A stretch of DNA of 63,727 nt, counting the filler, from Thraustochytrium aureum (lineage: Eukaryota): NCBI GenBank assembly GCA_012862495.1. It is 5 parts of 4 records of this genome, joined end to end, with 100 filler letters (N's around TTAATTAATTAA, not from the genome) between each part and the next. Parts side by side here need not be neighbours in the genome. Positions count along the whole stretch, not along the records: positions 1 to 21,313 come from BLSG01000178.1; positions 21,414 to 44,002 come from BLSG01000178.1; 3 more parts are not named here. One strand, given 5' to 3'. Made by a program: the position numbers and the translations under genes. Within the stretch, counting starts at the first letter, position 1, and each line of letters opens with the position of its first letter. Of this stretch, positions 20,100 to 30,892 are shown in pieces. Below the pieces are notes generated by a model. The model was not told the DNA's origin, searched no databases, and saw nothing but the letters and a program-made list of their open reading frames with translations.

Positions 20100-22118
20100 C
20101 TAGCTGGACTGGAAGGTGTCGTAAAGCGGGGCAAACCTGTCGAGCACCGCACAACTCTTGCCCCACCAGCAATGGGGCGTCTGCGGCGCCTCAAAGGTGC
20201 CAATCATTTTGTCCGTCGTGCCACGATAGTTGCGCTTCACACTCCGGCACGCCGCTCGCGCCTTCTTTTTGTTGCGGAACTTGATGTCGTTAATTGCGTC
20301 ACAGGGGTCCGCGACACGCACGGCGGGGTTGCAGAACTGGTTTTTCATCTGCAGCGCGACCTGCTCCGCGTTGAACGCAACGCGCTTGTCTGAGGCCAAC
20401 CAGATGGCATCACAAGCACACTTGAAGAAAGCTTTCGACTTTGACGAGGCGTCAGACTGGAAGCACACGATGGTAGTACTGGGATACGCTTCGCGGAACG
20501 ACGTGGCGGTTTTGCACGCTTGCTTCGTCGACTTGGCGCTGCCTTTGAACTTGCGCGTATACGGCTTGCCGTCGGAGAGAATCAAGATAGTCGGGTTGTC
20601 GAATTCATCGGCGAGTGCCACGCCGTGGGTCGCGTCGAAGATGCCGTCCATCACCGTGTACGCGACACGCCCGTTTTTCGCGTTGACGTAGCTCAGCACG
20701 GTCTGCGTCACGAACGACTCGTTCACTCCAGATGTTCCAATGTTTTCCACGGAGATGATGTCGTTGTGACTCGCGCCAAACGTGGTCAGCGATAGTGCAA
20801 CATTGCTGGGGCCGATGGGAAGGACGTCCATGAGCGCCGCCACAACAGCCTTTTGCTTGGCGTGCTGGCGGTTGTTGATGCTCCAAGACTCGTCCACGGC
20901 CATCATCAGACCTGACTTCTTGCAGTTGTTGAAGTTCGTCGGGGACTGCGTGGGCGTCGTTGACGGGGACTGACTCGGGCTCAACGTTGGCGATGTCGAC
21001 GGCGCCTTCGTCGGCGACGTCGACGGCGAACTGGATGGCGAGAGTGTCGGCGTAGTTGAAGGAGACTGCGAGGGCGCGACAGAAGGCGACGAACTTGGCG
21101 CTTGCGATGGTGATGTCGATCGGCGAACTGGATGGCGAGAGTGTCGGCGTAGTTGAAGGAGACTGCGAGGGCGCGACAGAAGGCGACGAACTTGGCGCTT
21201 GCGATGGTGATGTCGATGGCGAACTGGATGGCGAGAGTGTCGGCGTAGTGAAGGAGACTGTGAGGGGCTCACAGACGGCGCAGACGATGGGGCCGAGACG
21301 GCGCAGAGACGGCNNNNNNNNNNNNNNNNNNNNNNNNNNNNNNNNNNNNNNNNNNNNTTAATTAATTAANNNNNNNNNNNNNNNNNNNNNNNNNNNNNNN
21401 NNNNNNNNNNNNNCACTTGGGCTCCCGCTCGGGGCTCGTGCTTGGAGTGGCGCTTGGGTTGGCGCTTGGGCTAGCGCTTGGAGTTTTGCTTGGACCTAGT
21501 GTGGGACTCTTCGTAGGCGAGCACGATGGGCTGGTCTGGAAACCTAAAGTGATGTAGCTCGTCTCCCCCCCATCGGGGGTAAACTCTAGCCACTTGGCCC
21601 CACTGTCAGTCACCAGTGACTGCGCCTTGCCGTTAAAAATACTCGTGTCCTCAGGCTTGACTGGGTTTGCGTTCACGTTTTTATCGAGGTAGAACACATT
21701 GTCGTGTTGCTTAGCTACGCTGTTCGAATTGGAGCGTGTGAAATAGATCGCGCCACAAAAACTCCAACTTGACGAACAAGTATGCCTTGGCCGTGGGCTG
21801 CGGAGCGAGTTGACGGGGCTGGTCTTTTAGTCTGCGTTGATTGGTATCACCCACCGTGCACGTGAACTGAAACTTTGTGTTGGGCTGGTATGCGTGTGTG
21901 ACAACATACGGTTCGTCCCACGCTTGGCTCGTGGTTTCCTGTACCACAGGTTGCCCGAATGGCGCCTTTTCGATGTGTAGTTCGCTGCTGCAGAACGCGC
22001 TAATGATGGCCTCTTTGCAGCCGCACGGCGGCGCGGGGCCGTTTCCCTGGCCCTGGCCGCTGATGAGTTTGGCGCCATACACGTACACTAGTGCCAGCGA
22101 GGCGAGCCTCCCAAGCAT
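20100..22118 (-). CDS. Secreted mucin-like protein: signal peptide, N-terminal Cys domain, Ser/Thr/Pro stalk, C-terminal vWA domain; spans the artificial join at 21314-21413 and has frameshifts
   Basis: N-terminal part MLGRLASLALVYVYGA... ends in SPT/TPS repeats at the contig end. The other contig starts with the same kind of repeats and continues into a vWA domain with MIDAS DESWS and ILSDGKP. Confidence 0.75.
21025..21262. repeat. 96-bp coding tandem repeat x~2.5 (Ser/Thr/Pro stalk)
   Basis: Copies start at 21025, 21122 and 21218. The first interval is 97 bp, a one-base insertion that shifts the frame. Confidence 0.9.
21314..21413. other. Artificial contig join (N44-TTAATTAATTAA-N44)
   Basis: Six-frame stop linker at 21358-21369 embedded in Ns. 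Confidence 0.95.
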
Positions 22119-22946
22119 TGTGACGACCGTCGCTGCCTGCCCGTGCCTTGTCTCTAGTAGACCAGAGCTTCTCTCGCGTTAGGGGTTTGCTTGCTGATCA
22201 CAGGGTTGGCGCCGCGTCAACAGCTCCAGAGATCTTCTTCCGTTGGGCTTTTTGTGGCTGACAGTGCTGGTGCCAGCCCAGCCCTGCATTGGGTGTCTAG
22301 CTGGGACCGACACGCGCACGCTGTCCACGTTTGGCGCGCTTGGGACCTGAGTGTTGACTGGGACGCACACGGAGCCACCGGCAAGCATGTGGCCTCTGCA
22401 CCAACAGTCGCGTCACCGGAGCGGCGATTCACAAACGCAAGAATTCATTTGCCCACACAACAATGGCTGCACACAACACAACCAATCCCCCCTTGGGTAC
22501 GTAGTAGCTGGTAGAGTCGGTTCGCAGGTGCACGGTTCAGCCGCCAACACGACCCATCTGACTTCGGCGGACCCAAGCGAAGCACCGATGCCAATGGCAG
22601 CTCCGCGCAGTGTCGCGAGGAAAGGAAGCCGCTTTCGTAAATGGTGCCAATTCCGCCGAGCTGTCCAGCAACGCTTTGGGTGGGCACAACGGAAAACGCA
22701 CTGTGCACATTTGGGACGCCGCAGCAGGTTGTTTGCGCGCTGTACGGTGCAGCCACGCTCGGCCTAATGACAGGAACGAACAGGCGACTGGCGAGGCGGC
22801 TTTCTGCTTTCAAGAACGGCATTGACGGTGTGAAGCTACTATTTCCTATGTCGAGGCGCGCGGAGAGCCACGCCACAGTCTCGAGCTGTCAGAGTCACGC
22901 CACAATCGCATGATCTCGAACAACTCCGCTCCCGCTCGCCCAGCGT

Positions 22947-24587
22947 CTATGCGGCCCCTGCAGCCGCGAGTTGGCCTACTATGTCTCCCTCGTCTTCCTG
23001 GCCGTCGTACTCGTCCGCGTCGAGGGCTTCGGATTTCTGAACCACGAGGTCGCCGACAAGGCAGTAGGCCGCATCGCGGTAGTCTGACCAAGACGTGGCG
23101 AGGCGTTGTGTTGGGTTGGTCTCGCCCGGCTTGCTGCTTCCGAACTGCACCGCAAGGACAGGGGCGCGACACAGGTTCGCTCCGTAGATGGGCTGCGCGC
23201 GAACTAATCCGCAATGCAACTGCGCCATAGCCGGATCCGTGTTGTTGGCGCGCGCCAGTGCAACGACTGTGACATGGCGTTCGAGCTCTGGCGGCGCGAT
23301 GTTCTTCGAGAAGCGAGTCCAGCAAGAGCCATCTTTGACCAGCACAGTGGCATTCGGAGCCAAGCACTCATCCGAGTAAGCCGCCGCCCTCCCCTTTTCC
23401 TGGTGCTCTGTGCGATCCGTGAGCTTTAGAATCGCGTGCTGCAACGCGAGGTGGTCCGAGCGAAGCGACTTGGCTGCCAAAATCCCATCGCGGTCAGCCC
23501 ACATGATTCGGAGCAGGCGCGCGACCCAGTCGTCCGAGCGGCACAGCATCGCCGACGAGCCAACCCACTGGCCGCCTTGCAAAACGACAGAGGTCATATT
23601 TTGCTGCCCGCGCGCGTTGAACCGATACAAGTCAAAAGCAGAGATGCCTAGGTTTGGCAAGAGGGTTCCGGGGTCAAGCCACAGCGCAAAGTCGTGCCGG
23701 CGGAGCGCGTATGCGAGAGCCGAGAGCTTCGCCAAGTCGGCGCCTCGGTTCCCAAGGCCCACACCATCACTGTTTTGCAGCAGTGGCGCACTTGCGCCAA
23801 CCATGACGTTTACGGGCAAGTTGTGAAACTGGGCGTACCGCGAGATAGAAAAGAGCCCAAGGACCCAGGGCTTTTCGGGCAAAGCCCAGGCGATGCCTGC
23901 ACCACGGGTGTAGGACAGTACGTCCTTGTCACCCTTGCCGAGCTTTGCCGCTGGCACGCCGAGTTTGCGAACACGAAAATCCGATGATGGCAAGGAAGTC
24001 ACCAGCACTGGCCCCCGGCCCCTCGGCGGGTCAAAGTGCGGCAGGGAGCCGCGGCACGGTCGAGTGAACAGTCTGCCGCTACTGATGACTTCGAAACCCG
24101 TCAGGACGTGGCAGGACGTCGCAAGGTCGCCGGACCCTGTTGCAGCATCATCTCCAGAGCGCTGCCAGACGTAGGCGCGGCGCGAGATTGGGTCAAGAAG
24201 TAGCGTGCAGGTCGCGCGAGGTTCTGGCCAGGAATCATCACCAATCGTTTGGGCAAACGCCGCTGTCCCCACGTGGACAGCTGTGCGGCTTGCGTCGGCC
24301 GCCTTGCTCAGTTCGAACGCCAGCTCCTTCGTCGGCTCTCGGTGTGTCCGTAGCAGTGGCGCCCTCTTGCCGCTGCCGGTGTCGCTTCCACCGGAGGCGC
24401 GACCAACGTCCGGCGGCCTCACGAGCTGCTCTTGCTCAGCTCCGTTTTGCACGGTTGCGGCGCCTAGCTCGACAATCTCGGCGTCGCCATTCCCTGCCCC
24501 AAACCACGAGCTCGACCTGGTCAAGAGCACAAGCGCCAAGGCCCCGCATCCGAGGATGAACGCCCGCGACAGGCTCGGCCGCGCCAT
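22947..24587 (-). CDS. Type II membrane glycosyltransferase-like protein (GT34/MNN10-GMA12-like)
   Basis: N-terminal anchor FILGCGALALVLL; AKLSAL...HDFALWLDPGTLLPN, GSSAMLCRSDDW and SDHLAL resemble GT34 motifs. Confidence 0.6.
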   Translation of the reverse strand: MARPSLSRAFILGCGALALVLLTRSSSWFGAGNGDAEIVELGAATVQNGAEQEQLVRPPDVGRASGGSDTGSGKRAPLLRTHREPTKELAFELSKAADASRTAVHVGTAAFAQTIGDDSWPEPRATCTLLLDPISRRAYVWQRSGDDAATGSGDLATSCHVLTGFEVISSGRLFTRPCRGSLPHFDPPRGRGPVLVTSLPSSDFRVRKLGVPAAKLGKGDKDVLSYTRGAGIAWALPEKPWVLGLFSISRYAQFHNLPVNVMVGASAPLLQNSDGVGLGNRGADLAKLSALAYALRRHDFALWLDPGTLLPNLGISAFDLYRFNARGQQNMTSVVLQGGQWVGSSAMLCRSDDWVARLLRIMWADRDGILAAKSLRSDHLALQHAILKLTDRTEHQEKGRAAAYSDECLAPNATVLVKDGSCWTRFSKNIAPPELERHVTVVALARANNTDPAMAQLHCGLVRAQPIYGANLCRAPVLAVQFGSSKPGETNPTQRLATSWSDYRDAAYCLVGDLVVQKSEALDADEYDGQEDEGDIVGQLAAAGAA

Positions 24588-24960
24588 CCTGTTGGGCGTC
24601 TTCTCAAGCGCTTGGAACAGTTGAGTGGTGGCTCTGTGCTAGCCAACCCGAGTCCGACAACCGACGAGTCGAGTAGGGTTGAGCGCGCAGGCGTGCGCTT
24701 CCGGCGGCGAGCGAGCAACACTCGGCGTCGTGGCCGGCTGGCTTGCACTTGAGCATGCCGGCCCGCCTGCGTACTGGCGCGAGTGGGCCTCCGCTGCGTG
24801 TGCAAGCTGGCGTTTTTGGTCTGCGGGGGCGGCCTTGGAGGAGGAGACAAGTTCAGAGTCCTCGCGCGGCGCGCCTGGAATATTGTAACTACAACGCGCA
24901 GAAGGAGGGGGCACCGGCCCTCCGGCGGGCCGTGCGAAGGCGGCACACAGGTCGTGCGCG

Positions 24961-25812
24961 TTACTTGGCACCCCAAAAGCTACTAGAGCCCGGGACGTAG
25001 CTTCCCGTCGCTGGCCCGTCTGGAGGCCTTGGAGAGCCGCCCCCGGAGCGAGTGTGGTCTTGCTCCTCTGCCCCACGCCCGGAAGCGTCGCGCTGCTCCT
25101 GCGGGCCTTGGCCTGCACTTCGCTCCTGGCGCTCTTGCTCGGCTTGCAAGATCTGCGAAGCGGTGGAGATGATCGAGCCAATAGTCATGAGATTGCGAGC
25201 CCAGCCTTGGAGTCGCGATCCAGGCGCGTTGTTCTCTCCCTCAGCGCCTCTTGAAGACGAGGACGACGAGGAGGAGTTGGAAGAAGACGACGACGACGAC
25301 GACGAGGAGGATGAAGCGGAGGAGGAGAAAGGCGGGGCCTCTGGCCTTGCCCTGCCGTTCTGGCCGCTCTCCGTGGCGCCCTCGTCGCTCGGATTCAACC
25401 AGCTATCCACAAACAGAAATGCCGAGGCGAGCGAGTCAAAGATGGTATCCTGTCGCTGAAACTCGATGCCTTGCTCGCGTGCGTACTGCTGCATGGCGTC
25501 CGCAAACATGCTAAACGCTTGCGAGGCAGACACCTCGACGACGTTGTCGCGCCCTGGCACTTGCGCCCGCTGACCGCCATTCGTACTTGTGTCGTACCAG
25601 AGTTTCTTTCCGGGGTCGCTCAGAACGTCGTACGCCTCCGCGACCCGCTGAAAGGCCTCGGTCGCTTGCGGATGCAAGCTCTTATCTGGGTGGCACTGCA
25701 TGCTCCTCTTTAAATATGCCTTGCGCAGCACGCCCGCTTGAGCGTCTCCGCTTTCGACGCCGAGCACGTCGTAGAGCGACGTGGCCGCGAGAATCTCGTC
25801 GATCTCGCCCAT
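24961..25812 (-). CDS. J-domain (DnaJ type III) protein with a poly-Ser region
   Basis: LYDVLGV...RKAYLKRSMQCHPDK...AFQRVAEAYDVLSDP...YD. Confidence 0.9.
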   Translation of the reverse strand: MGEIDEILAATSLYDVLGVESGDAQAGVLRKAYLKRSMQCHPDKSLHPQATEAFQRVAEAYDVLSDPGKKLWYDTSTNGGQRAQVPGRDNVVEVSASQAFSMFADAMQQYAREQGIEFQRQDTIFDSLASAFLFVDSWLNPSDEGATESGQNGRARPEAPPFSSSASSSSSSSSSSSSNSSSSSSSSRGAEGENNAPGSRLQGWARNLMTIGSIISTASQILQAEQERQERSAGQGPQEQRDASGRGAEEQDHTRSGGGSPRPPDGPATGSYVPGSSSFWGAK

Positions 25813-26804
25813 CTCGACCAGCCGCCTCGCGACGGAGGGGCGGCCGGTGGCACACGGTCTCGACAAGGACGCCACTAGNNNNNNNNNNNNNNNNNNNNNN
25901 NNNNNNNNNNNNNNNNNNNNNNNNNNNNNNNNNNNNNNNNNNNNNNNNNNNNNNNNNNNNNNNNNNNNNNNNNNNNNNNNNNNNNNNNNNNNNNNNNNNN
26001 NNNNNNNNNNNNNNNNNNNNNNNNNNNNNNNNNNNNNNNNNNNNNNNNNNNNNNNNNNNNNNNNNNNNNNNNNNNNNNNNNNNNNNNNNNNNNNNNNNNN
26101 NNNNNNNNNNNNNNNNNNNNNNNNNNNNNNNNNNNNNNNNNNNNNNNNNNNNNNNNNNNNNNNNNNNNNNNNNNNNNNNNNNNNNNNNNNNNNNNNNNNN
26201 NNNNNNNNNNNNNNNNNNNNNNNNNNNNNNNNNNNNNNNNNNNNNNNNNNNNNNNNNNNNNNNNNNNNNNNNNNNNNNNNNNNNNNNNAAAAAAAAAAAT
26301 CTATAGGTAGTAACGGACTTAACAGGCGCTCAACCCCGCTATACTACTGAGCGCAGTGCGACCCCGTACTTTCCAAATAGTTCTGGCAGAGACCTTTAAA
26401 TCCCGCACAGGCACAACGGCCTTCCCAGTTGCTGTGCTCAGGGCCCCACCCCTTCCCTCCCTCCCTCCCTCCCTCTCGTCAGGGACGGATACAAACTTGA
26501 AGTGCGGCGGGTTCTCCTTCGCGAGCCCTCCCTGCGCACAGTGGCGTGAGAACTTGGCGGCCGCACAAGACTCCACCCTGGTGCGCGACCATCGATCGAT
26601 CGATCGAAGTACGAGTAGGTCGTCGAGACTCGAGACCGAGTTTGGATTGAATGAACGTCAGCGCGACAACTCCTTGACAACACCGACATGAGCATGATGT
26701 GATTGCAGCACTGGCAGACACCCAACTGAACCTGCACGTGGAGCGGAGTTCCTGGCAACGAACGAGCGTCCGAAAACAGACGAGACACGATCCGCGGGGG
26801 CGAG

Positions 26805-29267
26805 ATGATCGACAAGAGCGCGCAGGCAGGTGCTGCCGAGACCGCAGAGACGGGAGGACGGAAAGCCAAGGTTGCTGAAGTGGCCGATGTTGAGGCCGTG
26901 GAGGCCGACTCGAACGATTGGCAGGCGGATGGAACCGACAAGAGCAAGGGCGAAGAGCGGTACCCGATGCGCGAAGTCTCGTTCGACGTGTTTGGGACGG
27001 GCACGGCCAGATTCAACCCGCTGACGACGTTCATCGGCATCGCCATCCTTTGGGGGCTGGCCATCTACTGTGCCGTGGAGCCCGAAGCGGCCAAGACCGG
27101 GCTCGTGCTCTGGCGCAAGCAGACCACGGCCTTCTTCACCTGGTTCTACATCGGCACGCAGCCCCTGTTCATGTTTTTCGTCATATTTATCGCCATCCGG
27201 TACGGCAACATCAAGCTCGGCCGCGAGGACGAAGAACCCGAGTTCTCGAACGTGACCTACTTTGCCATGCTGTTCAGCGCCGGCGTGGCAGTGGGCCTGT
27301 TTTTCTTTGGCGTCTCGGAGCCGCTCTGGCACCAGACCTCGCACTGGTTTGCGGAGGCATACGGAATCACCGGCCAAGACTCGGTTGACATGTTTGCGAT
27401 GAACCAGACCTTTTACCACTGGGGCCTGGCCGCGTGGGCCCCCTACCTCGTCGTGGCCCTCGCGGCCTCGCTGGCCTCGTACCGGTACAACCTGCCCATG
27501 ACGTTTCGCAGCGCCTTCTACCCGATCCTGGGCGAGCACACCTGGGGCTGGATCGGCGACCTCATCGACGGGTTTACGATTGTGACGGTGGTGTCGGGCG
27601 TCTGCACGAGCCTCGGGCTTGGCGCCATGCAGATCGTAGCGGGCCTTCAGCGCGTCGGCGCCTTTCCTAGCTGGGACGGCCTTGACGCGGACGAGCTCGC
27701 GGATGCCCAAGTGACCGCGCAGGCGGTGACAATCGCAGTCGTCACGCTCGTGGCGACAGTCTCGGTCGTCTCGGGGCTCAACGTCGGAATCAAGTACCTC
27801 TCGCAGTTCGCCTTTGGGGTGGGGATGTGCCTCTGGTTCCTCGTGCTCGTCCTGGACCGCACAAGCTACCTCCTCAACCTGTCGGTCCAGGGCTTTGGGT
27901 ACTACATGCAATGGTCGATCTTCCAGATCAACTTTTGGACGGACGCCTTTGGCCAGCTCAAGCCGGGCGAGGGCCGCGCCGTGGACGGCAAGGCCGCCTC
28001 TGCTTCCTTCATGGACGGCTGGACCGTTTTCTACATGGCCTGGTGGACGGCGTGGTCCAGCTTTGTGGGTCTCTTTATCGCCCGCATCTCGCGCGGCCGC
28101 CGAGTGCGCGACGTGGTCGTGTATAGCTTTGTGGGGCCGCTCTTCTACTCGATCCTGTGGTTCTCCGTGTTTGGTGGCGCCGGGCTGCGCCAGTCCCGCC
28201 AGGCCCTCGAGGTCAAGGCGGTCGGCTCCTACTCGTTCAACAACTCGGACTACTTTCTCGTGGAGGGCACCACGTGCTACGACGCCGACGCCGCGGAGGG
28301 AAGCAGCTACATGGACGGCGACGCCAAGGCAGTGACATTCACCTCCGCCACGCCCGGGGTCTCGCCCGTGTGCCTCCTGGACGCAGACAATGGCGACAGC
28401 GCATGGTTCAACGTGCTTTACAGCTACCACAATTACGGCCCATTCCTGAGCGTGCTCTCCCTCGTCGCGATCTCGATTTACTTTGTCACCAGCTCTGACT
28501 CGGGCTCGCTCATCGTGGACCACTTGGCCAGCAATGGGCGCCACGAGCACCACTGGCTGCAACGCATCTTTTGGGCGTTTACCGAAGGCGCGGTGGCCAT
28601 CGCACTCCTCTTTGCGGGCGGCGCCGAGGCGCTCCAGGCTCTCCAGGCAGCCTCGATTGTGGCCGGCCTGCCTTTCACGGTTCTTCTCGTCTTTCTGTGC
28701 CAGACGATTTGGATCATGTGCGCCGACACGGAAAAGAAAGGGGCCTTGGCTACGTTCGACCTCCCACGCAACCACGCCTTCGCCCAGCCTATTTACGGTG
28801 GCATCTTGAATGTCTTCGAGTGGGTTGCCTCCTTGGGCAGCATCGACGCGCGCCGCGTCGATGCCGGAATCGACGCGCCAACTGGCGCCCAGGTCGTGCT
28901 CTTCTTCAAGGCTCTATTCGCTCCCTTTGTGGCGTTCCTGCTCATCCAGCGCCAGCTCGGCGGCCCCAAGCTCTGGGTCTACGGGTCGTCCTTGTTCTAT
29001 TTCATGGTATTCGTCCTCTGGATCGCACTATTCGCCTCGGTCAATGCGCCGAGCGCAGGCGGAATCCTTGCTTTTGCCTGGACTGCGTTTTTTGTCAACG
29101 CCTGTTTGCTCGCCAACGTCCGCGGCGAGGTCCGCGCACGCTTCAAGATCCGTGGTAACGTCGCCGAGGACTTTTTCGCTTCCCTCTTTTTGTACCCGCA
29201 GGTGCTTTCGCAGTGCGAGTACCAGTTTGATGTCTCGCCCGTCGACGGCAGCGACAAGGCCGAGTAA
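26805..29267 (+). CDS. BCCT (betaine/choline/carnitine) family transporter with C-terminal extension
   Basis: PEFS...AMLFSAGVAVGLFFFGVSEPL, FYHWGLAAWAPY, TSLGLGAMQI, WTVFYMAWWTAWSSFVGLFIARISRGR, FVTSSDSGSL. Confidence 0.95.
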   Translation: MIDKSAQAGAAETAETGGRKAKVAEVADVEAVEADSNDWQADGTDKSKGEERYPMREVSFDVFGTGTARFNPLTTFIGIAILWGLAIYCAVEPEAAKTGLVLWRKQTTAFFTWFYIGTQPLFMFFVIFIAIRYGNIKLGREDEEPEFSNVTYFAMLFSAGVAVGLFFFGVSEPLWHQTSHWFAEAYGITGQDSVDMFAMNQTFYHWGLAAWAPYLVVALAASLASYRYNLPMTFRSAFYPILGEHTWGWIGDLIDGFTIVTVVSGVCTSLGLGAMQIVAGLQRVGAFPSWDGLDADELADAQVTAQAVTIAVVTLVATVSVVSGLNVGIKYLSQFAFGVGMCLWFLVLVLDRTSYLLNLSVQGFGYYMQWSIFQINFWTDAFGQLKPGEGRAVDGKAASASFMDGWTVFYMAWWTAWSSFVGLFIARISRGRRVRDVVVYSFVGPLFYSILWFSVFGGAGLRQSRQALEVKAVGSYSFNNSDYFLVEGTTCYDADAAEGSSYMDGDAKAVTFTSATPGVSPVCLLDADNGDSAWFNVLYSYHNYGPFLSVLSLVAISIYFVTSSDSGSLIVDHLASNGRHEHHWLQRIFWAFTEGAVAIALLFAGGAEALQALQAASIVAGLPFTVLLVFLCQTIWIMCADTEKKGALATFDLPRNHAFAQPIYGGILNVFEWVASLGSIDARRVDAGIDAPTGAQVVLFFKALFAPFVAFLLIQRQLGGPKLWVYGSSLFYFMVFVLWIALFASVNAPSAGGILAFAWTAFFVNACLLANVRGEVRARFKIRGNVAEDFFASLFLYPQVLSQCEYQFDVSPVDGSDKAE

Positions 29268-29963
29268 GGCGTGCTGTCGCGGCCCGTTGGCTTGTTTAAA
29301 AACCTTGGGCGTGCGCGAGGGCAGCACCGCAGCGCAATAGGTAAACGAACACCTTTTTTTTTTCTTTTCCAGGAGCGTTCATGATGAAGCGGGCTCTGCT
29401 CGTCGACCCTTCGAAACTTGGGACCGCCCCGTTTGCCTTGTCGCGTCGCGTTGAAGGAAAGTAAGTANNNNNNNNNNNNNNNNNNNNNNNNNNNNNNNNN
29501 NNNNNNNNNNNNNNNNNNNNNNNNNNNNNNNNNNNNNNNNNNNNNNNNNNNNNNNNNNNNNNNNNNNNNNNNNNNNNNNNNNNNNNNNNNNNNNNNNNNN
29601 NNNNNNNNNNNNNNNNNNNNNNNNNNNNNNNNNNNNNNNNNNNNNNNNNNNNNNNNNNNNNNNNNNNNNNNNNNNNNNNNNNNNNNNNNNNNNNNNNNNN
29701 NNNNNNNNNNNNNNNNNNNNNNNNNNNNNNNNNNNNNNNNNNNNNNNNNNNNNNNNNNNNNNNNNNNNNNNNNNNNNNNNNNNNNNNNNNNNNNNNNNNN
29801 NNNNNNNNNNNNNNNNNNNNNNNNNNNNNNNNNNNNNNNNNNNNNNNNNNNNNNNNNNNNNNNNNNNNNNNNNNNNNNNNNNNNNNNNNNNNNNNNNNNN
29901 NNNNNNNNNNNNNNNNNNNNNNNNNNNNNNNNNNNNNNNNNNNNNNNNNNNNNNNNNNNNNNN

Positions 29964-30755
29964 CCCCAAGCCGCCGTAGGTGTCGACAATGATTTTGCGG
30001 CCGGTGAGGCCGGCGTCGCCGTGCGGGCCGCCGATGACGAAGCGGCCGCTCGGGTTGAGCACGTACTTGGTCTCCGGGGTAAGGTACTTTTCGTCTACAA
30101 CGGGCTTGATGACGTGCTCCTTGAGGTCCTTCTCGATGTCCTCGTTCGAGACGCCGTCGGCGTGCTGGGTCGAAATGAGGATGGTGTGCACGTACTGCGG
30201 GATCGTCTCGCCGTCAACCTCCTTGTAGTGCACGGTGACCTGAACCTTGCCGTCGGGGCGCACCCACGGCAGAGTGCCGTTCTTGCGCACCTCGGTCAGC
30301 TTGGCGCCGATCTTGGTGGCCAGAAGGTGGCTCAAGGGCATCAGCTCGGGGGTCTCCGCGGTGGCGTAGCCAAACATGAGGCCCTGGTCTCCTGCGCCAA
30401 TCTCCTCGAGCGCCTTGCCGATGTGCACGCCCTGGGCGATGTCCGGCGACTGCTCCTCGAGCGCGACGAGCACGTTGGCAGCCTTGTAGTCAAAGCCCTT
30501 GGCGACGTCGTCGTAGCCGATGCCCTTGATGGCCTCGCGAACGACCTGCTCGTAGTTGACGGTGGCCTTGGTCGTGATCTCGCCGAAGACCATCACCATG
30601 CCGGTCTTGCAGCACGTCTCGCACGCCACCTTCGAGTCGGGGTCCTGCTTGAGGCACGCATCGAGCACGGCATCACTCACGATGTCGCAAAACTTGTCGG
30701 GATGGCCCTCGTTCACGCTCTCCGAGCTGAACAGGTACTCGCGAACCTTGCTCAT
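29964..30755 (-). CDS. metK: S-adenosylmethionine synthetase (canonical MAT), 3' part lost in the gap
   Basis: [64 protein letters not shown]. Confidence 0.97.
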
Positions 30756-30841
30756 CTTCTCGGCTGGTTGGTCTTGTTGCGTCGCTCGCGTCCGTCGATC
30801 GGGTCGATTGTTCTCTGGAGGACTCTCGCGTTGCGTTCGGG

Positions 30842-30856
30842 GTCTGTCTGTCTGAC

Positions 30857-30892
<36 letters not shown>
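30842..30892. repeat. (GTCT)n microsatellite upstream of MAT
   Basis: Directly visible. Confidence 0.9.

Noticed and set aside
21358..21369. TTAATTAATTAA palindrome recurring at 21358, 44047, 57367 and 61333 as a possible biological element or transposon target site
   Set aside because: Always centred in exactly 44+44 Ns; it is a six-frame-stop linker added during assembly concatenation.
26658..28775. Long antisense ORFs (e.g. 705 aa opposite the BCCT gene, 662 aa opposite MAT, 451 aa opposite iPGM)
   Set aside because: Shadow ORFs caused by high GC3 codon bias on the coding strand; they carry no recognisable motifs.
26805..30755. BCCT transporter next to SAM synthetase as a betaine/DMSP methylation cluster
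   Set aside because: The genes are convergent, no methyltransferase for such a pathway is adjacent, and MAT is a housekeeping gene. Adjacency is probably coincidental.
29964..30755. Possible MATX (divergent SAM synthetase paralog)
   Set aside because: The visible sequence follows canonical MAT spacing, with no obvious MATX-type insertions.
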